The notes beneath the pieces are model-generated. The model made no database searches. It saw nothing but the letters and a program-made list of their open reading frames with translations, and had not been told where the DNA came from. Source: Sphaerodactylus townsendi (Eukaryota). From it: a stretch of 64,000 nt of DNA. The first letter of the stretch is position 1. Each line of letters starts with the position of its first letter. The stretch spans positions 72,788,001 to 72,852,000 of the forward strand of contig NC_059426.1 in assembly GCF_021028975.2 (NCBI RefSeq), written 5' to 3'. Below, in pieces: positions 52,301-62,801 of the stretch. The translations under genes were made by a program, and so were the position numbers.

Positions 52301-55214
52301 CCTTGATACTACCATGCTGCTTGCACACTGAATTCCTCATGCACAGCAATGTGTACAGCTCACTGGTATATGCCAGGATCTCTAGACTGGATGTTATTCC
52401 CACAGAGAAGAATCATTCGAGTAAAGCTAAAGGCGACCCTTGGGAAAAAAATAACAGATGTAGTGAGAAAGGCTCTGCCTAACACAAGGTCTTCTGTGTC
52501 TCTGGAATGTCAGCCTGCCACTTCTGGTTTTCATATTCTGACAGTCAGCCCCATAGTTTGAGAAAAATGGAACTAAGGGCTTATTCAGTCATTTCTGTGA
52601 GTAACAGAGGCAACAGTGAGTACTGCAGCCATAGCTCTAATCCTGTATGGGCAGTCAAATGAGGTGCACTTGCATTGGGCTTCAAAAATTCATTTTAACT
52701 TGGCTGTTTTATTTCAGAAAGGGTGAGATTAGCATTGTCCGGAAATAGTGGGAATATTGGTGCAACATGAGAGATGAAGGGAAGGCCTGAAAGATGGGGG
52801 GGAATTAGCAAAAATTGCCACCTCCAATCAATACTGCTCAAAAAAGCCAACACACCTCCTAAAAATGTGTGTCAATCATCTCGGAAATCACATCATTTGC
52901 AATAATATTGAAGGCTTTCTGTACAAGCAAAGCAAGTCCCAAAAGTATTTCAGCATTTATGTGAAACAATTGCAATGACAGAATTTTCCATTGCACTCAG
53001 ACTTTTTCTAAACAGCTGGAAACCATCGAGCCTAGGAGTCTGCAACCTGCGGCTCTCCAGATGTTCATGGACTACAATCCCCATCAGCCCCTGCCAGCAT
53101 GGCAAAGCCTCATTAAGAAGCTCTACCACAATCTCTCTCTCTCTCTCTCACACACACAAAATCCAAAGATCGCCTTTGACACATCTTTTCACATGTATTG
53201 CATTTGCTATCTACTTACCCGTTGCTGTAGAGATAAATATCACAGGTTGAGGCCTAGGAAAATGTGACTCCTTTGCAATTGAAGCACAATCTTGATGATG
53301 GTTGTGCGGACTACATGCAGCAAATAGTGAGAAATGCATATTTAATATGCAGCAAACCATTTGGGAAGAGCAGCAAAAAATGGAAACTACAAGCATGCCA
53401 GTTTGGCAGAATATAGCTAAAGATGCTACTACTAGATGTTAGCCGAAATCCATTTCAAATTGCAAGATACCTTGCTTTCAAATGTATGTAGCCCAATTTG
53501 TTTTAGATGGATTGGGGTCTTTCCATTTTGTTTTCAGAGTTTTATTGATTCTTTCAGAGTTAAAGGATGGGTATAACTCAGTTAAACGCAGCATGTTTTG
53601 CCTTGGGATTCTGTCAGCATTCAGTCAGGGTTGCTTATTATCTTAATTAAGCCATCTTTACCTGCTGAACATTTCTGAATTTCTACTCAACTGTTTTTCA
53701 GAATGGGATTTGACTGCATGAGCATGATTAACTAATCCTTGACATCCTACACAAAGGAAGAAAATTGGGAAAATTTCTCCACCCACCTCTGAAATCATAG
53801 TAGACGGTGATGACCGATTCAGCACCCCAGGGCATGTCACGGTCACAGCGCAGTGCCCCAGCTTTTTCATCACAGCGCACATAGCGCTTCCTGTTGGGGC
53901 TGTATATGGCGACATTGGGGTGCACTGCCAGGTGCAGCGTCCATTTTTCAGTTTCGGTGGCAGCCTGGGCAAAGCAGGTGACATTATCCTCTGCCCCACC
54001 CAGGTAGCGCTTAGACTGCTCATTCTGCAGAGACACCTGACAGGAAGGAGTGGTGTGTAGTCAGTCTTTTCACCCAAGATGGGAAGACCAGAAATATTCT
54101 CATTAAAAGTGAAGGTGAAACTGCCAGGTACCCGTTGGCTTTATAACCATCATATCACCCAACTACTTCCTTACACCTACTTAAGCTGCTATGATTGCAT
54201 CTTTCCTATCATGCCACATTTATCAGTTCCAAGACTACACAGAAAACAGTGAGTACAACACTAGCTTAGGAGACACCAGTGGGCTACGAGAGGAAGAAGC
54301 AGCTCTCAATCTTTCATATATCATGCCTCACCAATCACTCCATCAAAAAACATGGGTCCCATCATTTTAGAAAAAAGACGTTTTTCCCCACAGAGGACAC
54401 ATACATGTTTACAGGTATTCTGTCACTATTACTTTCAAGACAAAAAGTGATAGATGGAGTATAGGAAAATTCCCCGGCCACAACACCTAAAAGTCTAGTC
54501 ACTAGTACAGGGGAGTCATAGAAGATATTCCTGCCTGCCCCTTTACCCTCTAATAATTCTCAAACTCAGCGCTCTCCAGAAAGCAATAGAGGAAGATATA
54601 CTTACAGGGTATATATATATTTAGATAAGAGCCTAACAATGGGAGGAACATAAGAGGTGCCCTGCTGGATCAAACCTGTGGTCCAACATCCTGTTTCATA
54701 GACACTGACCAGTTCCCTGGATGTTCAAATAGGGCAAAGAGGGCCTTTCTGATGTTTCTTCCTAGTACTGACATTCAGAGGTTAAATGTCTACAAGTGGA
54801 ATGGCTAACAAATTCTACCTAAAGAACATTTTACCACCACCCTAATCCACCTTCTTTCTGAACTGCAACTATTGCTATTACTAGACATACAACAGTTGTG
54901 AATGACCACACCTTGCCATCTGGATACTGCTGTAGGAGGAAGACAGTCTGAGGTCCTGGACGTTCCTGATCACATGTGATTTTGCCATTAGCATCAGCTG
55001 CCAAATAGCGTTTCAGGGCACTGAGCAGGTGAAGTTTCTGGCCAGCCCCCTCTCCTGGGCCAGCTGCCCCAGCTCCTTGCGGGGCCAAAAATTGCAGTAT
55101 CCACACCTGGCGGGGCTTCAGCTGCAAGCCTGTGGCTGTCACCTGGAAACGAAAAGCTTCTGCGGTCAGGTATTTGTTGGCAGCATTAATAAGGCCAAAT
55201 TCCAGTGAAGCCAT
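40377..55214 (-). CDS. Fascin-family actin-bundling protein (four beta-trefoils), 493 aa, 7 coding exons; not assignable to FSCN1/2/3 by position
   Basis: Exons 55214-54912 (MASLEFGLINAANKYLTAEAFRFQV...YPDGK), 54036-53787 (VSLQNEQSKRYLGGAEDNVTCFAQ...HLAVHP...RKRY...DRDMPWG), 49857-49576 (KKYGLRT...VALRDEGGRYL...KPGRDELFSIEASPAQVSL), 46844-46726 (ADLYANA...EIFQV...KRVCFR...YMAL), 45543-45390 (GPND...FELKY...NGQLMA), 43456-43283 (EDFLMVLVNRPLLVL...LEAN...GYYNFQI) and 40576-40377 (SNYWALDKDG...IKASNNKFFVAD...ATLFHY*). All GT-AG, phases 0/1/1/0/1/1 match, 1482 nt with no internal stops; AATAAA 22 nt after the stop (40349-40354). Confidence 0.95.
41031..41225 (+). mobile_element. Older tRNA-derived SINE (Squam3-like)
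   Basis: A-box-like tgatatagtgg, B-box ggtttgattcc, gctgggtgaccttgggccagtca core. Confidence 0.7.
44246..44372 (-). mobile_element. Sauria SINE fragment
   Basis: gtactcattttactcacctcggaaggatggaaggctgagtcaa...gcagtactgcagc is the recognisable Sauria SINE body. Confidence 0.75.
46212..46290. mobile_element. Penelope-like element terminal fragment
   Basis: tgtgtggtttccgggctgtatggccgtgttctagcagcattctctcctgacgtttcgcctgcatctgtggc, typical of a squamate PLE end. Confidence 0.6.
47009..47101. mobile_element. Short hAT (Charlie-like) MITE
   Basis: TIR CAGGGGTAGGG/CCCTACCCCTG, exact 8-bp TSD gtcaagat; family members at 48282, 51720, 53033 and 59963. Confidence 0.85.
48857..49258 (-). mobile_element. 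CR1 LINE 3' end joined to an RT fragment (internally deleted)
   Basis: RFHLNIKKNFLTVKAVLQWNSLPQRVVESPSLEVFKQRLD and QRVLINGSFSS...GVPQGSVLDPVLFNI; tatgattct tail. Confidence 0.92.
50063..50350. mobile_element. Non-autonomous hAT MITE related to the 33754-35206 element
   Basis: TIR gtgatgtag/ctacatcat; TSD cctgtagt/cctgtact. Confidence 0.75.
51720..51860. mobile_element. Palindromic hAT MITE
   Basis: CAGGGG...CCCCTG termini, TSD ccctatat/ccctacat, hairpin body. Confidence 0.85.
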
Positions 55215-55259
55215 GATAGAAATAAGGAGCTTGAACAGCGGCAGCTATTCAGATCTGTC

Positions 55260-55400
55260 AGCTGGGCCCATTTAAGAACTACCATTTAAGAACTACAACT
55301 GCTATCCTCAAGATCACAATGGGTGCCTGGCAACCAAGTAGATCCACCATCTCAGCATTAAGCTCCACCCACAAGAACCAGTTATTGCCTAGGCAGCATT
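55260..55400 (-). promoter_or_regulatory. Putative non-CpG promoter of the fascin-like gene with X-box-like motifs
   Basis: GGTGCCTGGCAAC (55322-55334) and ATTGCCTAGGCAGC (55384-55397) resemble RFX X-boxes; duplicated TATA-like TTAAAT (minus strand) within a 14-bp tandem repeat at 55268-55295. Confidence 0.5.
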
Positions 55401-57539
55401 CTCAAACTACAGGTTTCACTTCACATGAGTGAAACCATTAAGACCTTCCCAACAGACTTTAGGTGGCCAAATAAACATGCATACAAAGCATGATGGACTG
55501 AATCCAGACTAAACTGGTAATTTCCACCCATTCCCACTGCAGACATGCCCACCTCCGTGACACTCATCAGGGTCCCCTGTCCCCCAGTGGGCTACAACAG
55601 GAGGAGGCAGAAAGGTACTGTTCTACTCATAGAAAATTTAATTTGGATCCAGCCTGTGATATCCAGAGATTTTCCCCACAAGGTCTTAGTAAATGGGGTT
55701 TAGATGTGTGTTTAAATAAGTATCTTCCCTGGACACTGGGACAGAATAATTCTACCGTTCATTAACCATCAAGGCCTTTAGTCATGTCTAGGCAAAGAGA
55801 ACTATCAGCAACTAAAGGTCAGATCATAGGTGCCAGCAGTAATCACAGCACTCTCCCTGCTGTGCTCCTCAAAATGTATGCACTGAGGCGGCCATGGAGC
55901 TTCAGGAATAATGTGTGGGGTCCACCACCACCTCTTGGTCATGGTCTACTAAATAAATATGCAGTAGCCACCACAGATGGATCCGTACTCACCTTCTCTG
56001 TTAAAGCCTGTTCTAGCCCATGAGAACTGATGCCAGGGCCTCAATAAATCCTTTTGTCTTTAACATGTCACTAGACTTTTCCATTTTCATCTTGATTTAG
56101 GACGTTCCATTACAAATAGGCATTCATGAGAAGGGTGTAAAGGAGTATAGTGAGTAATATAGCAAAGGTAAGTGACCACATTTGGAAGATCATGACTATA
56201 TATGATCATGAATACCCTACAAATATATGAAAGGCAAACAAAGGGGAAGGAAAACAAACATAACAAAATAGTTAAAGTAATTCATTCAGAAGGAATTTCC
56301 TTCCAAAACTTCTTCTATCTTCTTTTGACCATCAGTTTAAAGACATCAACCACTACAGTGGGAGAAAACAGAAGCAAAAACATGTATAGACTATTTAGGC
56401 AGATTAAATTCTAAAAGGTTGACGAGCAAAGCAGACAAGTTATTGAATATCAGTTTTTAACCTAGTTTGCAAAATATTATCCACAACAGTGCAATACTAA
56501 GCAATTATCCCAACCTAAATTCACTGAAATCAACTCTGCATGGGACTGCACTGCCAGTCTAGGACAACTCTTTCATGTGTTGCAGACTCTCATTGGAAGA
56601 GTTGATACCTATCACAAGAACAAGGGGATTTATCAGTACTGGCTCTGACAAAACTACTTCTTCACATCTAGGGGTGCAAACAAAACAGACATGGTATGAA
56701 TTAGGTGACAACTTCTGAAAATAAATACCTGACCTCAGCCAGAACTTGGACTGCACCAAACATTGTCCCATCTCTGCTCTAGTTTCCATTGGCGTTCTTG
56801 CTTCTGACACTCTAGACCACATTCAAGGCACTCAGTTTCCTTCAAGATGTGTGAAGTAGTTAGGTCTCATTATATGACACCTGCAATTTCCACTCCATTT
56901 AAGTTTCCGTGACAAGCATGTTAAAAGCTCCCTAAAGGCCCTGTTCAGTATTGCCTTCTAAATGATTGATGCCTCTTAGTGTGGCATCTTCTGAGCGCAT
57001 CTGAGATTCACTGGTTATAGCCAGGTACATAGCAATACAGAGTTATAGCTCCTCCCACTGCCATTGTAGCACCTGATTTTTCCCAAATCAATCCTAGTCC
57101 AAGTCCTAAAATAAGCATCTTCAAAGAGGGCCTTTTTTCAGGATGGAGGTACACTGGCAGCTAGTCCATGTTGCACCAGTCTTTGGGTAACTCTGCATTG
57201 AGGCATTATACTTTTGGAGATCACTAGATAATAACTTTCATGTATTTTGAGAATTTCAGAAACAATGCAATTCAGCAGTTCCTTTCCAAAGAACTGGGTC
57301 TACATGATGTAAAAGGCCAGGCTAATAAAGTCACAGCAAAGATAAGCCTCACGCCCAAACTCTTCAAGCACAAATCACCAACTCATCAAACCCACAACAG
57401 GGTTAACTAACTCTGCCTTTAAAAATAACCAAAGTCACTATGCTGGGACATACTACTTCTATGTCAGATTTCAGGCACATACGGTCTGAAATGTCACATG
57501 TAAAATACAAACATGAGATAGAAGTGTAAGCTTTTTAAA

Positions 57540-59792
57540 AGACATTTTAATTTGTGTACACAAAGAGGTTGTGAACTAGCATTACATAAAAGCCATGGTT
57601 GTACAAGGGCTATCAGCCAGCCAAAACTTAGAATCTGTGTTGTAGAAACATCTCCCTTATCTATCCATTCTTTGCCATTTTTGGGCTACATACCCCCCCC
57701 CCCAATCTTATTTAGTGGAGAAATTCTATAAAACAGCAACACCCCCCCTCCCCAATTGGTTTAAAATATTACAAAAGGAAAAAAAGAAACCATACAATGC
57801 AGTATAAAAGATTGACAATATCATCAAGTTTATTACACAATTTCCAACCTATCAGAAAAAGACAAACAAATCAAATCACGAAGAACAGGGTGGGCGAGTC
57901 AAGGGGAACCAATGTTGGGTTTCAGTCGTTGGTTTCTTTCTTTTCTCTTTTACTTCCATTATTTCAAAACAAACTAAAAATGTCCTATTATGTAAAAAAA
58001 AACCCCTCTTCCAATCAAATGTTTTATATCTGATACATTACAGTTGAAGCTGTTACCCCATTCTAGTTTACATAACTTTGCTTTCCTTTTATCAGAAACA
58101 TTTTTAGAGCTCAGCATCTCTCTGACCAACAGGGCCAAAGGAGGTGCAGCATCACAGGGTGACATTCTTGGCCAGACATCCTCCATCCTCTTTAGGCCAC
58201 ACAGCTGTTTAGTGGGACCAGGCAGGATCCTCCTCCAAGGGGGAGCTTCACCATGCAGTTGGTCAGTCACATTAAGTGTTCTTGAATGTAACAGACACTT
58301 GGCCTTACTATACAGATCCAGGTGCTGGAGACTACCTATCCCAAGATGAGGTGTGTTATCTTGATTTTAAGAAACTGGAGCACTCAGTCGGGGTTGGAGA
58401 ACCCAAACTTGTACTCCAAGAGCTACATCTCCAAAATAACACATTAATCTAGAGTTCTATAGCTACTCCTGTCCCATAATGTTCCTCAGCAGACTTTGAT
58501 GCAACTGGCCTGAAGGGATTGCCACCTTAAAGACTGAAAGCCTCCAGAAGCCTTACTCGTGGTGACATGACACAGTTATACATAGGGCGGACAGACAGAC
58601 AGAAGATTTCCACTGCCTCTAAGCATCTCCCCCTACAAGAGTATGCCCCAGATCAGTGAAGCGGAAACAAACTTATGAGCTTATCACTCTCAAGTGCTCT
58701 CTGTTCAGACTTAGACTGGGGGCAAGGGAACTCCTAAACCTTAAATCAACACATACATCACATGGAACTTAAAAATGCTCAGGGCATACTGCATTCTGTA
58801 ACTTCATACTAGCCTCGGTCTGACTTGCCCCTATTCCATGCCACTGCATCAGTCAGTTCTCTGCCTACAACACTTCCTCTACAACAAGGAAGGTAGCACT
58901 CTAGGAGGGTTGCCCTGGAAGCAAAGGTTTATGCAAGAAGTTACAGCTGAAGCAGGCATTTGCATGAAACAAAGCAAGAAAGCTGTAAGCAATATGCGTC
59001 ACCTGTGGAAAAAATACCTGGAATAGCCAGAGCCAGAATAGTTTCTATTGGGGTAAGATGACCAAATGATGGCCTCTCTAGAAAATGATAGGCAGAATGG
59101 AGATGGCAGCTTTCAGGAACTTAAGCTGGACTGGGAGTAAGGTAGAGAGAAGAGAACCAAACAGTGAGTAACTGGAAGCAATAGCTAACCTGCCCTCCCA
59201 TTAAAAAGAAAAAAATACTGTTTTCTAAGCTGTGTACAATGGTGCTAGAGAGGCAAAACTGAAGCTGCTTTGGAAAAGGATGAGACTTCAGGAGACTGGA
59301 TGCTTGAGAAGACAATGCAGTGTGGACTGTGGACACAAGCTCCAGTGAGACTACAGTCAGACATCTTGTGCTGTGCTGGAGCAACAGTTCTTTCTACAGG
59401 AGACAAGCTGGATGGGTTCCTCCCCAGGTGCTCCTAGAAAGCCATGGAAAAGAAAAGAGGTGGGGAGACCTCTGCGGAAAGCACCATTCTCTTTGGGTCC
59501 AAGAATCCATGGATTGAAGTGGCCCCTAGTCACAGTGGCTCAGACAACCCCTCCCAAACTCCAAGTCATTCAGTGTTTCTCCATGAAGCAGCAGCACTTG
59601 ACTCACACTGGCAGAACTCAGGTCCCTGTGCCACAGCGCACCAGATGGAGCTCTGCAGGCAAAGTCTTTTTCCAAGAGGTCCAGAAAGGTCAATGGAAAG
59701 TGGGAAGGAGAGGGCAGAGAAGCAGCCACCCTTTAGTCTTGATTAAGGACAGGAGAGACGAGTCCATAAAACACTGAATTCCTCCCACGCTC
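57540..59792 (-). other. CPSF7: CPSF7 non-coding terminal exon (3'UTR) with two candidate poly(A) signals
   Basis: Acceptor ttgttctgttttctgcag at 59793; AATAAA (minus) at 57829-57834 and ATTAAA (minus) at about 57546-57551. Confidence 0.65.
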
Positions 59793-61220
59793 CTGCAGAA
59801 AACAGAACAAAGTGAGCTGCATTATCCAGAGCGTCAAAAGCATTTCAATGCAATGGACTAAAAAAGAATTTTGCACACTAATTCCTGACAATATTCTTGA
59901 CAGTGAGGAAGTCACTATTTCCGTGCAGAAAACAGAGTCAAGTCTAGTGGTTTGCCCTAGGTCAGTGGTGGCAAACCTATGGCACTCCAGATGTTCATGG
60001 ACTACAATTCCCATCAGCCCCTGCCAGCATGGCCATTTATTCATTTTTGAAATTTCTGTTCTATTTGCAGTCAAGTCAACTTAACAATGAAATAAAAAGA
60101 ACGGTACATTTTCAGTCAGAAAAGATCTTATATCAATCGACTGGATGGTGCCCTGGTAGTATTACTCCACGATGCTCCTTGCAGATCCAGTCAGGGATTC
60201 AAAAGGGCTACAAATCAGCTACATCTGTGGTTCATATATTGAACTAGAAAATAGCCTACTTCAAATCTAAGATGATGGAGAGGCCTCCCAAGAGAGTATG
60301 GATTTGGCAAGTCACAGTTAGGCAATGTAGCTGAACTACACTGTGCCAAACACACTATTCACAGATGATTTCACCTCAATTCGGTGTTGACAAAGCTGCT
60401 GACTTGGAAACACAAGTTTCACCTAGGAAGGATTAAACCAACTTCTGCACGAATATCTTTTTAAACATGTGTTGACAGAATTTGAACTGGTAATGTCAGC
60501 AAACATAACATATCTGGATGTCCAGAAACAAAAACAGGGCAAGATTAGATGAACTAAAAAAATGGAATATATTCACACTGCAGTTTCTAGCTCCAGATAA
60601 GTACATATGACAATCTTCAGATGAGGTGGATAACGTGTAATGACAGTAGAGCAGTGAATTGAGTGCAACATAAACATAGAACATTAAAAGGCTGAGCTAG
60701 TGAAATATTCTAATAATACAATCACATGGGGTGGAAGAACTGCTACAAACAAAGCCTTATGCAAGGAAGGAAGCAAGAACAAAATGGCCCATAACTACAT
60801 ATTATAGCAGCTTTACTTTGCTACTGCAGGTTAATACAACAGGATCCAGTGATACTTTAGTTCAGAGACTGTGTGCAGCGCCATCAAGTCACAAATGACT
60901 TATGGCAACCCAGTAGGTTTTCAAAACAAGGAACTGACAAAGGTGGTTTGCCAGTGTCGTCTTTAGAAAGTGGCAGTTTACAAAAGTTGATGCCACAATA
61001 AATTAGTTTCCAGTATGCCACCAGACTCATGTTTTATTAGGCAAGATGATCCATTGAGGAGTTATTAAATTCTGTGACTGCAACTAAGTTCTGCCCACTG
61101 AGCAGATCATTATGTTTTCATATTTTTTGTTCCTGAAAAAATAGTCCAATTTGACAGGAGCAGAGAGGAAGACTGGTCTTCCAGTAACCAAACACATACC
61201 CTGGAAAGATTTCCCATCTC

Positions 61221-62801
61221 TCAGTGATGTCGATCCCTTTCTCTGTCCCTGTCTCTGTGTCTCTCATGTTCCCGGCTCCTTTCCTGAAAATAGTCCTCAT
61301 GCCGATCTTCATTATGGATTGCATCTCGGTGCCGCCTGCTGCTCTCACGGGATCGACTGGGTGACCTATCCCGAGACCGGTGTCTTTTTCTGGAAGATAA
61401 ACCAGATATCTAGATTTCTGAAAAAATACACTTTGTGTACACACATGTCTTCCTTTGAACAAGAACATATTTCTATCTGGCTGGATGTAAACCAGGAAGG
61501 GAACCAGAGTGTTCTTTGATGCTGGAAAATTACCAGCTAGATTCCTTCAAGGATCCTACCTAGTAAAGCTTTACCTGGAGGAACTGCTGCTGCTGCCACC
61601 GCCCATACTGTAGGATTTGGCTCTGATGCCATGGAGACAATCCTTAAGTGAAGAGACAAGGACTCTGCAGCGCTCATCATTCGCTACACGGGACTGCTTG
61701 ATCACAACGATGGCTGTAAGCAGAGTCTCAATGGCATCATTAAAATCCCCTGTGACATCAAAGAGAAAGGCAGAATGATCAGGCTAAAGCAACAGGCTAA
61801 AAGCAGAAGAAAGTGGCAGAAGCCAGCTGTGGTTTACCTGCACTGGCACCAGACACAGCTTTGGAAATGGCACTGCTGGAAATTGCTCGGTTCCGGTTCA
61901 TGATTTCTTCAAACTCAGCTTCACTGACAGGGGGTGGCAATGGGCCTAGTTCTCGGCTGAAGAACACACATACATGTTCACAACTCAAAGGCAGAGAACA
62001 AATCACTTCAAGCAGCATTATAATATTCTTGTTCACATGTGTAGCAATTAAGGTATTTAGAAAAAAATATCCACCATTCAGCTAACCAAATTATCTTCCT
62101 GCCCAATGTAGGTGTCAACCAGTTTATTAAGGGCCATGTCTGAAGCTGACAGACTATATTCTAGCTAGAAAGGTCCTTGGTGCTATGCAGGGCATCAGTA
62201 GCACAATTAACAAGTGGTCATTCTTTTAATTCCCAGCCAGCAAAACACAAAACTTGGTACACATTCAAGTAGACAAAGCCCCATTGTAAATTAGGCCTAA
62301 AGCCTCACAAATCAACAGATATAAATAGGATTCACACTGCCCCCTCTTCAAGTAGTTCTTCTCAAATCCCCAAACATAAGACTTATGCTCACCTGCTATG
62401 GTTATATGGGGCTGAAGCCTTACTGTAGGCATCTGGTGGAGGGCCCATTGCTGCATTTGGTGGGGGGAAGAAGGCTGGGTTGAGGTGCAAAGCAGGTGGC
62501 ACTGCCCCTGGAGGTGGCACCGTTAGGTGTGGGGGGAGTCGAGGAGGAGGGGGCATTAGGTGCTGGTAGTGGATGCCTGGTGGGGGAGGTGGGACTCCAA
62601 AACTTGAAGAAATTTGTGGAGGTGGAGGCATGGGTGGAGGTGGTAGTCCCATGAGAGGGAGAGCAGAAGGAGGGCGGTTGAAGAAAGGCAAAACAGAAGG
62701 AGGCTTCTCAATCCGTGGTGGTGGTACCGCATTCTCTGTTGGAGTGGCTCGGCCATCTACTGAGTCTGAGGAATCCCTTGAGTGAGCCCTCGGAGGCACA
62801 C
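61221..62801 (-). CDS. CPSF7: Cleavage and polyadenylation specificity factor 7 (CFIm59), last four coding exons; 5' part lies beyond the window
   Basis: Exons 62801-62393 ([12 protein letters not shown]...proline-rich...[11 protein letters not shown]), 61956-61838 ([30 protein letters not shown]), 61749-61575 ([41 protein letters not shown]) and 61389-61221 (RS/RD domain ...RDRERDRHH*). Confidence 0.97.

Noticed and set aside
40377-55214. Assigning the symbol FSCN1, FSCN2 or FSCN3
   Set aside because: Synteny, exon number and divergence do not fit any of them; a phylogeny is needed
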